A stretch of 64,000 bases of DNA, taken from NCBI GenBank assembly GCA_001786575.1, contig MFRW01000001.1:22179-86178 (forward strand), read 5' to 3'. The position numbers and the translations under genes were made by a program. Of the stretch, positions 36,106-45,150 are shown one piece after another. This DNA is from Candidatus Moranbacteria bacterium RIFCSPHIGHO2_01_FULL_55_24 (GTDB taxonomy: Bacteria; Patescibacteriota; Minisyncoccia; Moranbacterales; UBA1568). Every line of letters starts with the position of its first letter. Within the stretch, counting starts at the first letter, position 1. The notes beneath the pieces are model-generated. The model saw only the letters and a program-made list of their open reading frames with translations. It ran no database searches and had not been told where the DNA came from.

Positions 36106-37354
36106 AAAAACTCTCTTTCCACTCCTTTTTGCCATAAAGACGATCCGGTCGCACAAGGCGCGGACGGCTTTAGCGCTCCTCGGGGTGGTGATCGGCGTCT
36201 TCGCAGTCGTAGTCGTCATGTCCTTGGGCCAAGGCGTGAAGAATTTCGTCCTCGACCAAGTCGAGACCTTCGGGACAGATCTCATTCAGATAGAGGTGAA
36301 GGTGCCGAATACCGGGACCATGTCGAGCGAGAACGCGACATCGCGGGCCCAGGGCGTGCAGATCACGACCCTCACGACGGACGATAAAGATGAGATCAAA
36401 AAGCTGCCGAACGTGGCGACTGCCTATGCAGGGACTATCGGCCAGGAACGGGCGACAGTCGGCTCTATCGGGAAGCGCGTCCTCCTCTTCGGAGCGAGCG
36501 CGGAAGTGGCGGAAGTAGATCAGAAAGCGACGCTTGCGAGCGGCCGCTTCTATACTGAAGACGAGGGAAGGAGTCTGGCGAGAGTCGTGGTTCTCGGATC
36601 GGAAACCAAGGACACGTTTTTCGGCAGGGGCGATGCCGTGGGCGAGACAATCACGCTCAAAGGCGAGAAGTACCGTGTGGTGGGAGTGCTCGAGTCGCGC
36701 GGTACGGCCGGATTCTTCAACCTCGATACTCTCACGTACGTTCCGGTCGAGACGCTCCAGAAGAAGATCTTAGGCGTCGACTATGTCCAGATGATCTCGG
36801 TCCGGATGGAAGATCCTGCGAAAGAGCGCGAGACGGTCGCCGATATCATCTCGCTCTTGCGCAAGCGCCACGATATCGATGATCCGGACAAAGACGATTT
36901 CTCCGTCACCTCTACCCGCGAAGCGCAGGAAACGCTCGGCGATATCCTAGGCTCGCTTACCATCCTCCTGATCGCCCTGACCTCGATCTCGCTCGTCGTC
37001 GGCGGAGTCGGAATCATGAATGTCATGTATGTATCGGTCGCGGAACGGACGAGCGAAATCGGGCTCCGCAAGGCGCTCGGAGCGACGAGTAGCAGCATCT
37101 TGAAGCAGTTCCTCCTCGAAGCGCTCATCATCACGCTCTTCGGGGGCTTGCTCGGCATCCTTTTAGGAATCCTCGTTTCGCTCGCCTTGAGCGCGGTCAT
37201 CGGCGCTTTAGGGTACGACTTCGAACTGACCTTCACCCTTGATTCGCTCCTCCTCGGCTCGGGATTCTCGCTCTTCGTGGGACTCGTCTTCGGTCTGGCA
37301 CCGGCCTACCGGGCCGCCAAGCTTTCCCCGATGGAAGCTTTGCGGAAGGAATAA
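36098..37354 (+). CDS. ABC transporter permease, FtsX/MacB family (second copy)
   Basis: Same architecture (GGVGIMNVMYVSVAERTSEIGLRKALGA). 8-nt overlap with the upstream gene. Confidence 0.8.
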   Translation: MNRKTLFPLLFAIKTIRSHKARTALALLGVVIGVFAVVVVMSLGQGVKNFVLDQVETFGTDLIQIEVKVPNTGTMSSENATSRAQGVQITTLTTDDKDEIKKLPNVATAYAGTIGQERATVGSIGKRVLLFGASAEVAEVDQKATLASGRFYTEDEGRSLARVVVLGSETKDTFFGRGDAVGETITLKGEKYRVVGVLESRGTAGFFNLDTLTYVPVETLQKKILGVDYVQMISVRMEDPAKERETVADIISLLRKRHDIDDPDKDDFSVTSTREAQETLGDILGSLTILLIALTSISLVVGGVGIMNVMYVSVAERTSEIGLRKALGATSSSILKQFLLEALIITLFGGLLGILLGILVSLALSAVIGALGYDFELTFTLDSLLLGSGFSLFVGLVFGLAPAYRAAKLSPMEALRKE

Positions 37355-37356
37355 AA

Positions 37357-37384
37357 AAAGCCCCGGAAGGGGGCTTTGTTTTTA
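37357..37384. terminator. Bidirectional intrinsic terminator
   Basis: AAAGCCCC/GGGGCTTT stem with a 5-nt loop, followed by TTTGTTTTT. Sits between convergent genes. Confidence 0.75.
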
Positions 37385-38371
37385 CAGGAAGCTCGAGAAT
37401 ATGTGGTGCAGCCTGGCAAGGCGCGGAGCCTTCTTCGGTACGGTCTTTTCTTCGAAGGAGTTCTTCACCACGCGAGCGATACCTTCCTCGATGGGGACTT
37501 TCGGTTCCCAGCCGAGCTCGTTTCGGATCTTCTGGTGCGAGAGGCAGGAACCGCGTTGTTCCTTCCAGGGGGCGGGGATATGCTTCTTCTCGAAACGGTT
37601 TTCGAATTGTGAGTTCAGTTCATGGAAGACTTGGTTCACGCTTATCTCGCATTCGCAGGAGACATGGTAGATCCCGTAGGCGCTCTGGCGCTCGAGAACG
37701 AGGATAAAGGCGCACACCACGTCTTCGACGTAAACGAAGTCGCGGGTCTGCTCGCCGTCGCCGTAGATGATCGGGTTGTCGCCGCGGAGCATCTTCTCAA
37801 GGAAGATAGCGATCACTCCGGCTTCCCCGTGGGGATTCTGGCCGGGGCCGTAGATGTTCGACGGCCGAAGGGCCACAAAACGGATGCCGTGGGTTTCCGA
37901 GAAGAAGCGGAGGTAGTTTTCCGCGGACAATTTCGAGATGCAGTAGGGGATAGTCGGAAGCGCCGGAAAGGTCTCGTCGGTGGGACGAGGAGCCTCATCG
38001 CCGTACATGACGCCGCCGGTCGAGGCGTAGATGAAGGTGCGGAGGCTATAATCTTTAGCAGTTTCTGCCAGATTGATCGTCGCCCATGTATTGACCTGGT
38101 GATCGTACAGCGGATTATCGATGGAGCGGCGCACGTTTATCTGTCCGGCCAAATGAAAAATAGCTTCCGGGCGGATCTGGGAGAGGATGCGTCGCACCGC
38201 CTTGTGGTCGGTCACGTCTGCAACGAAAAGCCGCGCATCCTTATGCACGTTCTTTCTCTTGCCTCCGTGTTTGAGGCTATCGATGACGGAGACATCGTAT
38301 CCGCGCTCCACGAGCGCTTCGACGAGGTGCGAGCCGACGAACCCGGCTCCTCCGGTTACGAGCACTTTCAT
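37382..38371 (-). CDS. NAD-dependent epimerase/dehydratase (UDP-glucose 4-epimerase GalE-like)
   Basis: Motifs VTGGAGFVGSH, YASTGGVMYG and YCISKLSAE (YxxxK). Confidence 0.8.
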   Translation of the reverse strand: MKVLVTGGAGFVGSHLVEALVERGYDVSVIDSLKHGGKRKNVHKDARLFVADVTDHKAVRRILSQIRPEAIFHLAGQINVRRSIDNPLYDHQVNTWATINLAETAKDYSLRTFIYASTGGVMYGDEAPRPTDETFPALPTIPYCISKLSAENYLRFFSETHGIRFVALRPSNIYGPGQNPHGEAGVIAIFLEKMLRGDNPIIYGDGEQTRDFVYVEDVVCAFILVLERQSAYGIYHVSCECEISVNQVFHELNSQFENRFEKKHIPAPWKEQRGSCLSHQKIRNELGWEPKVPIEEGIARVVKNSFEEKTVPKKAPRLARLHHIFSSFL

Positions 38372-38581
38372 ACGCTTGACCGTTAGTCACTTTGCACATT
38401 TGTTGTACTCGTCCTTAGAAATAGCATTGGCACTAAGAACCTTATATAATACACCTTTTTTGTCTTTTTGTCAAGGGTAAGAAACCCCTTAATCAGAGGG
38501 AAGAAAAAACATGGAAGCTTTACGGAAGGAAGAGGTTTTGCTAGATTGGAGAGTCAAGTTCTTTGAAAGGGAGAAAGAGAG

Positions 38582-38797
38582 ATGAATGCTACGTCAGTCC
38601 TCTATACGAAGTCGCACGGGATTTCGGTCTTGGAGCTCGGTCGGGATATCGAGCACCTGCTCCGCAAGCAGGAAATAGCGACTATCAATGATCTGGGGCA
38701 CTGCTATGCCTCCGACCTTGCGGCGGGCGGTTTTTCGCGGGAGCAGATAGCGCTCATCGAGAGCAGCCTTGAGCAGCACGGTTTCGCGTTGGCATAA
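38582..38797 (+). CDS. Hypothetical small protein (possible HhH-like fold)
   Basis: 71 aa. Preceded by a 24-codon ORF (38511..38585) whose stop overlaps this ATG (ATGA). Confidence 0.4.
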   Translation: MNATSVLYTKSHGISVLELGRDIEHLLRKQEIATINDLGHCYASDLAAGGFSREQIALIESSLEQHGFALA

Positions 38798-38810
38798 GAA
38801 AGGGGTATCT

Positions 38811-39149
38811 ATGGAAAGGGAACGGATAGAGCATGCTCTGGTCGAGCTTCGCAAGGAGCTCGATGCTACCTGCAAGGTGCTTTTCGGGGATGTTCTGGAA
38901 CCTCAAGAAATAATGGATAAGGAGCTGCTAGAACTCTTACTGGAACACAAGCTCGCGCACCTCTTGTATATGATAGGACGGATCAACATCTTTCTCGACG
39001 AGGGGCGGCGCGAGAAGGCGATGCGCTGGATCGGATTCCTCCAAGGAGCCGTCTGGTGGGGAGAGTTCATTTCTATCGAGAAACTCAAGAAGATGAACGC
39101 CCCGGGCACCTACGTTATCCAAGGTGACCTTTTTGAAAAAGCTGCCTAA
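38811..39149 (+). CDS. Hypothetical protein
   Basis: ORF 38769..39149. The ATG at 38811 (MERERIEHALVE...) avoids overlap with the upstream gene. Confidence 0.4.
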   Translation: MERERIEHALVELRKELDATCKVLFGDVLEPQEIMDKELLELLLEHKLAHLLYMIGRINIFLDEGRREKAMRWIGFLQGAVWWGEFISIEKLKKMNAPGTYVIQGDLFEKAA

Positions 39150-39226
39150 GCATGGCAGAAGCCTCGCGACCGTAAATCGGAAGCGGGGCTTTTCTTTTTC
39201 TCGGAGACTAGTGTAGGCTGGAGTAT

Positions 39227-39745
39227 ATGAAACTTCCTGTCTGGAAACCGTTTTACTATCTTCTGAAAATAGCCCGTTTCCCGGTTGTCTGGGAGACTTC
39301 TGTCGGGGCGGTGGTTTTCTCTGTGAATCGGGAAGGAAAGCGCGAATACCTGCTTCTCCATTATCCGAGCGGACATTTCGATTTCGCCAAGGGGCACATC
39401 GAGCCTGGCGAAACCGAAGAGATGACGCTCCGGCGGGAAACGGAAGAAGAGACAGGGATCGCGGATCTCAAAGTGTTTTCCAAACGCACTAGCATCCGTT
39501 ATTTCTATGTCGCGAAGGGCAATGAACGCGCTCGGCGCATCCGCGAAGGACGAGCTATTTGGATTTTCAAAGACGTCCATTTCTACCCGGCTCAAACGAC
39601 CAACGGGCAGCGCGTGATACTTTCCCACGAGCATGTTGGATCGCTCTGGCTTCCCTACGAACAAGCGCTTCAGAAAGTGACCTTCGAGAACGCGCGCCGC
39701 GTCCTGCGTGAAACCGAAAGCCATCTCATCGCTCTCGGAGAATAA
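39227..39745 (+). CDS. NUDIX hydrolase
   Basis: Nudix box GHIEPGETEEMTLRRETEEETGI (GX5EX7REUXEEXGU). Confidence 0.8.
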   Translation: MKLPVWKPFYYLLKIARFPVVWETSVGAVVFSVNREGKREYLLLHYPSGHFDFAKGHIEPGETEEMTLRRETEEETGIADLKVFSKRTSIRYFYVAKGNERARRIREGRAIWIFKDVHFYPAQTTNGQRVILSHEHVGSLWLPYEQALQKVTFENARRVLRETESHLIALGE

Positions 39746-39806
39746 TCCGCACCTCTCTTGATTTTTTCGGTTTTCTATTGCATAATAGGAAACTCTCTCT
39801 TTATTT

Positions 39807-41468
39807 ATGCTGACACTCAAAGAAATTCGGAAAACTTTAGGCGGCCAACGCGTGCTCAACAAGATCTCGTTTTCGATCGGTGAGGGCCAACGCGTGGCGC
39901 TCGTGGGACAAAACGGCGTGGGCAAGTCCACGCTGCTTCGTATTATCGCGGGCCTGGAAGATGCGGATCGCGGCGAGATCCTGCTTCCGAACCGGGTCCT
40001 CAAGGGCTATCTGCCCCAGGAAGCGCTTGCGACCGCGGACGAAACTCTCGGGAGTTACCTCCGGCGCATGGCCGGGCTTGAAGCGCTCGAACAGGAGATG
40101 AAAGTCCTGGAAGGCAAGCTGGAGAATCCGGAAGCCATGGAGCAATATGAAACGCTCATGGGCGAATACCGGCGCCTCGGCGGTTACGACTTCGAGCGGC
40201 GCATGCAGAAGGTGGTCGAAGGATTGCGTCTCCATACCGTCGGCCCGGAACGGCTCGTCTCGGAGCTTTCTGGCGGCGAACGGCGCAAGGCGGCGCTTGC
40301 GGGAGTGCTTCTGCGCGGAGTCGACCTGCTTCTCTTGGACGAACCCACGAACAACCTGGATCTTCCGGCGCTTCTCTGGCTGGAGAAATATCTCGTGCAG
40401 TCCGGCGCGACCTGCCTTATCGCCTCCCATGACCGGAGCTTCCTTGACCATGTCGTAGAAAAGGTGATCGAGATCGACTGGATCAAGCGCGAAGCCAAGA
40501 TGTACACCGGCAACTGGTCCACTTATTCAGAAATGAAAGCGCATGCCTTCCGCCGGCACAAGGAAGAGTACCGCCGTCAAGAAGAGGAACGCGAACGGCT
40601 GACGGAATCCAAGGTCCAGAAGAAAGAATGGGCCGATCGCGTCTGGGATAGGAAGGTGTATGACCTCGACAAGATGGCAGCCCACTTCAAGAAAGAACGC
40701 GCGTCCAAGAAATTCCATGCCTCCGCCAAGGCGATCGAAGGACGCGAGAAGCGTCTCCGCACCGTCGAGACGCCTCTGGAGCGGGCGCCGCTCATGATCG
40801 ATCTCGGTATCCCGGAAGAGAGCGAAGCCAAGGATCTCTTGGTCCAGGCGGAAGAGCTCCGCTTCGGATACCCGTCCGGTTTTTCGGGCGGCCCGGTTTC
40901 ATTCGCTATCCCGTTCGGGAGCCGCATCGCGCTCCTGGGGGATAATGGTGCCGGGAAGACGACGCTTTTGAAGACGCTTACCGGACAGCTCGCGCCGCTC
41001 GGGGGCACGCTTACCGTGGGAGGTTTGGTCAAGTTCGGCTACCTGGTCCAGGAGCACGAAGAACTCATCCGGGACGAGAAGATAAAGGTCAGGGAATTCT
41101 TCAAGCGCCGGCTCAAAGGTTTCGACCATGACGAGCTCCCGAAGCGCTTCCAGGATTTCCAGTTGCCGCTCACGCTTCTCGACACCCGGCTAAGCCAAGT
41201 GAGCCCCGGGGAACGCGTGCGCATGCTGGTGCTCCTCTTGGTGCTCCAGCAGGTGAATGTTCTCGTCTTAGACGAGCCGACGAATCATCTCGACTTGGAA
41301 GCGATCGAAGCGCTTGAGGAATCAACGAATGCTTTCCCGGGAACGCTCCTCCTGGTCACGCATGACCGGAGATTTCTTGAAAACGTCCGGCTCGATGAAC
41401 ACTATCTGCTCCAAGAGGGGCAGCTGGCGCGCCTTCCCGGGAAAGATATCCTGGAGCAGACTCTTTGA
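39807..41468 (+). CDS. ABC-F family ATPase (tandem ABC domains, no TMD; EttA/Uup-like)
   Basis: Two cassettes: GQNGVGKSTLL / LSGGERRKAALAGVLL / LLLLDEPTNNLD and GDNGAGKTTLL / LSPGERVRMLVLL / VLVLDEPTNHLD, with an inter-domain linker. Confidence 0.85.
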   Translation: MLTLKEIRKTLGGQRVLNKISFSIGEGQRVALVGQNGVGKSTLLRIIAGLEDADRGEILLPNRVLKGYLPQEALATADETLGSYLRRMAGLEALEQEMKVLEGKLENPEAMEQYETLMGEYRRLGGYDFERRMQKVVEGLRLHTVGPERLVSELSGGERRKAALAGVLLRGVDLLLLDEPTNNLDLPALLWLEKYLVQSGATCLIASHDRSFLDHVVEKVIEIDWIKREAKMYTGNWSTYSEMKAHAFRRHKEEYRRQEEERERLTESKVQKKEWADRVWDRKVYDLDKMAAHFKKERASKKFHASAKAIEGREKRLRTVETPLERAPLMIDLGIPEESEAKDLLVQAEELRFGYPSGFSGGPVSFAIPFGSRIALLGDNGAGKTTLLKTLTGQLAPLGGTLTVGGLVKFGYLVQEHEELIRDEKIKVREFFKRRLKGFDHDELPKRFQDFQLPLTLLDTRLSQVSPGERVRMLVLLLVLQQVNVLVLDEPTNHLDLEAIEALEESTNAFPGTLLLVTHDRRFLENVRLDEHYLLQEGQLARLPGKDILEQTL

Positions 41469-41575
41469 CAGGACCTCATAAAGAGCGCATAACAATAGAT
41501 TCAGAGAAGGAAGAGAAAAAGTTCTTTGGAAAGGAGACAGGAAAAGAAGGGGAAACAGATAAAGAGGAGGAAGAG

Positions 41576-42079
41576 ATGCCTGATTCGTATCGCGTAAAGG
41601 CTTTCCTATGCCGAGCGTCGGCTGTCCTGTGCCTGTTGCTTGCCGCTTTCGGTATCGTTCCGGTCGCGTATGCCGCCGGATCTTGCCAAGAGCAGGGGCA
41701 TCAGGCTGGATGGTTCGCTGTAAGCGGCATGAAGACTCCGAGCGATCCCCGCGTAGCATTTGTCTATAACGGAGTAGCTCGGGATTTCTGCTTGTTCCGC
41801 CTAGAAAAGAAAAGGCTTGTCTTCAGGCCTCTCGTTGCCGCCGGGGTATTGTATGAAAAAGCTCCGTGGCATTCTTGGCACGAGATCATCGAAGATGGCT
41901 GGTCTGTCCGGTACATGATCCAGGGAGAATTCCGCTATCCGATCAGCCGCGACGGCAGTCTCGGGTTCGTCATAAGCAAGATGACGGCGCCGGATGACAG
42001 GTCGCTCCGGCATATCTATGGAGATGACGATGATGGAGTCTTTCTCGGCGTTTCCTTTGTCCGGAATTTCGGATTATGA
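41576..42079 (+). CDS. Hypothetical secreted protein
   Basis: ORF 41465..42079. ATG at 41576 gives signal peptide MPDSYRVKAFLCRASAVLCLLLAAFGIVPVAYAAGS. The upstream in-frame segment is purine-rich low-complexity. Confidence 0.45.
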   Translation: MPDSYRVKAFLCRASAVLCLLLAAFGIVPVAYAAGSCQEQGHQAGWFAVSGMKTPSDPRVAFVYNGVARDFCLFRLEKKRLVFRPLVAAGVLYEKAPWHSWHEIIEDGWSVRYMIQGEFRYPISRDGSLGFVISKMTAPDDRSLRHIYGDDDDGVFLGVSFVRNFGL

Positions 42080-42095
42080 ATGAGGAAGAGTAACA

Positions 42096-42130
42096 GGGCT
42101 TGTTGTTTACGGACAGCAAGCCCTCTTTCA
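42096..42130 (+). terminator. Possible terminator hairpin
   Basis: GGGCTTG / CAAGCCC stem with a 14-nt loop and a T-rich tail. Confidence 0.35.
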
Positions 42131-42199
42131 TTATCTGGTATTTTCTGAAAAATGGCTTGGTTTGCCTAAAATCTCTCTTTTGGATATACTTTTCTCTAT

Positions 42200-43876
42200 A
42201 TGAGACAACAGATCAAAATTCGCTGGCAATTCGCCGGAGTACTCCTTCTTGGCCTTGTTTCAGGCCTGATTGCCTACCCGGAGTCCGTCCGTTTCGCTGC
42301 TCCTATCCATGAATTCTTCTCGCAATTCAAGGTGAATCAGGGACTCGACCTTCAGGGCGGGATCCATTTGGAATACGCGGCCGACGTCTCCGCGCTTCCG
42401 AGCGACAAAGCGGATGAAGCGCTGGCGGCTGCCGAAGCGGTCATCGAGCGCCGTGTGAATGCCTTCGGCGTCGGCGAGCCTCTGGTACAGCTGGCCCGGT
42501 CCGGCACCGAGCACCGCATCATCGTCGAGCTTCCAGGCATCAAAGACATCGAGCAAGCCAAGAAGATGATCAAGGAAACGCCGTTCTTGGAATTCCGCGA
42601 GCCGGCCGGCGAGGAAGTGCAGAAAGAGATCGATACAGCGAACGAGGCAGCCAAGGGAAAGGCGGCGGTTCTGCTTGCGCGTGCCAAGGCCGGTGAAGAC
42701 TTCGCGACCATGGCCAAGCAGTCGAGCGAAGACCCGGGATCCAAAGACAACGGCGGAGACCTGGATTTCGTGAAGCAGGGGATGTTCGTCCCGCAATTCG
42801 ACGAGGTGATTTTCAAGCCGGACTTCAAGGCCGGCACGGTCTATCCGGAATTGGTCGAGAGCGATTTCGGATGGCATATCATAAAGAAACTCGAGGAGCG
42901 GGGCGAGGGCGATAACCGCGAAGTGCGCGCCGCGCATATCCTTCTCTTGAAGCGTTCGTTGAACGACAGTCCGCTCTTGGCCTATCAGCCGACGGGGCTT
43001 TCCGGCAAGCATCTGAAAGACGCCTATGTGGACTATCAGACCCAGGGTCTCGGCTCGCCGCAGATCGCACTCCAATTCGATGACGAGGGGACGAAGCTTT
43101 TCGCCGAAATCACCAAGCGAAACATCGGCAAGCCGGTAGCGATCTTCCTCGACGGGGAAATCATCAGTCAGCCGACGGTCCAGAACGAGATCGTCGCCGG
43201 CCAGGCAGTGATCACCGGAAACTTCACGCTGCCGGAAGCCAACGAGCTGGTGCGCCGCCTGAATGAAGGCGCGCTGCCGGTGCCGATCACACTCGTCTCG
43301 CAGCAGAGCGTCGACGCTTCCCTAGGAGAAAGCGCTCTCCGGCAGAGCTTGTTCGCCGGACTCGTCGGGCTCGCGGCAGTGGCGATCTTCATGGTTTTCT
43401 ACTATCGTTTTCTCGGAGTGATCGCGGTTCTGGCACTCCTCCTCTACACGGCGATGCTTCTCGCCATCTTCAAGCTTTCCGCTTTCACGCCATTCTCTAT
43501 CACTGTGACGCTTTCGGGTATCGCCGGGTTCGTCCTCTCGATCGGTATCGCCGTGGATGCGAACGTGCTCATCTTCGAGCGTACCCGCGAAGAGCTCTCC
43601 TATGGCAAGGGCGCGATCAAGTCGATCAAGGAAGGCTTCCGCCGCGCCTGGCCGAGCATCCGCGACGGCCACGTCTCGACGCTTCTCACGACGCTTATCT
43701 TGATCGGTTTCGGCACAGGCTTCGTCAAGGGCTTCGCGGTCATCCTCGCTTTGGGTGTGCTCCTCTCGCTCTTCACTGCCGTGGTCTTGGTGCGCATCAC
43801 GACGACGTTCTTCATCGGCGAATGGATGGAGAAACACCCATGGATCCTCGTCTCTCCCAAAAAGCCTCTGGAATAA
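42200..43876 (+). CDS. secD: Protein translocase subunit SecD with inserted parvulin-type PPIase module in the periplasmic P1 domain
   Basis: TM1, P1 head (GLDLQGGIHLEY ... VQLARSGTEHRIIVELPG), parvulin block EDFATMAKQSSEDPGSKDNGGDLDFVKQGMFVPQFDEV...FGWHIIKK followed by VRAAHILL, then canonical P1 base (AIFLDGEIISQPTVQNEIVAGQAVITG; GALPVP) and TM2-6. Confidence 0.8.
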   Translation: MRQQIKIRWQFAGVLLLGLVSGLIAYPESVRFAAPIHEFFSQFKVNQGLDLQGGIHLEYAADVSALPSDKADEALAAAEAVIERRVNAFGVGEPLVQLARSGTEHRIIVELPGIKDIEQAKKMIKETPFLEFREPAGEEVQKEIDTANEAAKGKAAVLLARAKAGEDFATMAKQSSEDPGSKDNGGDLDFVKQGMFVPQFDEVIFKPDFKAGTVYPELVESDFGWHIIKKLEERGEGDNREVRAAHILLLKRSLNDSPLLAYQPTGLSGKHLKDAYVDYQTQGLGSPQIALQFDDEGTKLFAEITKRNIGKPVAIFLDGEIISQPTVQNEIVAGQAVITGNFTLPEANELVRRLNEGALPVPITLVSQQSVDASLGESALRQSLFAGLVGLAAVAIFMVFYYRFLGVIAVLALLLYTAMLLAIFKLSAFTPFSITVTLSGIAGFVLSIGIAVDANVLIFERTREELSYGKGAIKSIKEGFRRAWPSIRDGHVSTLLTTLILIGFGTGFVKGFAVILALGVLLSLFTAVVLVRITTTFFIGEWMEKHPWILVSPKKPLE

Positions 43877-43880
43877 ACGT

Positions 43881-44786
43881 ATGCTCAATATCATCCAAAA
43901 AAGAATCTACGCCTACATTTTTTCCGGCATCCTGACGGCGGCAAGTATCGCCCTGCTTTTCTTCTGGGGATTGAACCTCGGTATCGACTTCAAGGGCGGA
44001 ACGCTCATGGAGGTGCGCTTTGCGCTTTCCGAAACCCCGAGTGTTCCGATGATCCAGGAGAAGATCGGCGGTCTGGGGCTCCAGAGCCTCACTATCCAGC
44101 CGACCGGGGACCAGAGCGTCCTTTTGCGCTATCTGGCTTCTGATGACAATGCCAACCAGGCCGTGCTCGGCGCGCTCCACTCGCTCGATCCGGGCATCAC
44201 CCAGCTCCGCACGGATTTCATCGGCGGATCGGTCTCGAACCAGATCACCCGGAACGCGATTACCGGGACGCTTCTTTCCATCCTCGGCATCGCACTCTAT
44301 ATCGCCTGGGCCTTCCGCGGCGTTTCCGGAGCGGTGACTTCCTGGGAATACGGCATCGGCGCGGTCATCGCGCTGGCCCATGACATCATCATTACCCTGG
44401 GCGTCTTCTCGATCCTCGGACACTTCTACGGAGTGGAAGTAGGCGTGCCGTTCATCGCTGCTATTCTCACCATTCTCGGCTATTCGGTGAATGACTCTAT
44501 CGTGGTATACGACCGGGTGCGCGAGAACCTCCAGCGTCGCTCGAGCAAAGAGCCATTCGAGCTATTGGTCAACCGCTCGCTCAACGAGACGCTGGGGCGC
44601 TCCATCAACACGTCGCTCACGGTCATCATCACGCTCATCGCTATCGTCCTTTTCGGCGGCGAGAGCATCCGCTGGTTCGGGGTCGCGCTCCTCGTAGGTG
44701 TCGGCTTCGGAACATACTCTTCCATCTATATCGCATCGGCCCTGCTCGTGACGCGCTATAATATAAAGAAGGGGATCGGAAGATAA
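43881..44786 (+). CDS. secF: Protein translocase subunit SecF
   Basis: Motifs MLNIIQKRIYAYIF, GIDFKGGT and C-terminal TM core (NDSIVVYDRVRENL). ATG at 43881 within ORF 43755..44786. Confidence 0.85.
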   Translation: MLNIIQKRIYAYIFSGILTAASIALLFFWGLNLGIDFKGGTLMEVRFALSETPSVPMIQEKIGGLGLQSLTIQPTGDQSVLLRYLASDDNANQAVLGALHSLDPGITQLRTDFIGGSVSNQITRNAITGTLLSILGIALYIAWAFRGVSGAVTSWEYGIGAVIALAHDIIITLGVFSILGHFYGVEVGVPFIAAILTILGYSVNDSIVVYDRVRENLQRRSSKEPFELLVNRSLNETLGRSINTSLTVIITLIAIVLFGGESIRWFGVALLVGVGFGTYSSIYIASALLVTRYNIKKGIGR

Positions 44787-44830
44787 CGGAACCTCTCGCA
44801 GCATTTATTTCTTTTCCAAAGCATTTCTCT

Positions 44831-45130
44831 ATGTGGAATCCATTTTCCAAAAACCAAGACGACAAGGATAAGCAAGATGAACTCGAAGAGCTCGCCGGCA
44901 TGCCCGGGATGCCGGAGACCAAGGACATGAGCATGATGCAGCGCTTCGCGATGAAGCGTCTGGCCAAGATGAGTCCGGCCGAGCGCGAGAAGGTCATGAA
45001 GAAGGCGATGACACCGAAGAATATCGAGAAGCACAAAGGCGAGATTATCGCGTCTCTCGAAGCCATGCGTAAGGCAGGCCAGATCTCGGACGACCAGTAC
45101 CGCCTTGCGAAGAAGCGTTTCGGCCTCTAA
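44831..45130 (+). CDS. Hypothetical small basic/Met-rich protein
   Basis: 99 aa. No domain recognised. Confidence 0.4.
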   Translation: MWNPFSKNQDDKDKQDELEELAGMPGMPETKDMSMMQRFAMKRLAKMSPAEREKVMKKAMTPKNIEKHKGEIIASLEAMRKAGQISDDQYRLAKKRFGL

Positions 45131-45150
45131 TACACAGCAAAGTCCTCTCT

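Noticed and set aside
37331-38531. 20/21-nt near-identical copies ATGGAAGCTTTGCGGAAGGAA (end of FtsX permease, 37331) and ATGGAAGCTTTACGGAAGGAA (38511, start of a 24-codon ORF)
   Set aside because: The flanks share no similarity and the match is short enough to arise by chance at roughly 0.1 expectation. It is possibly a relic of a duplicated permease 3' end but not supportable as a repeat element.
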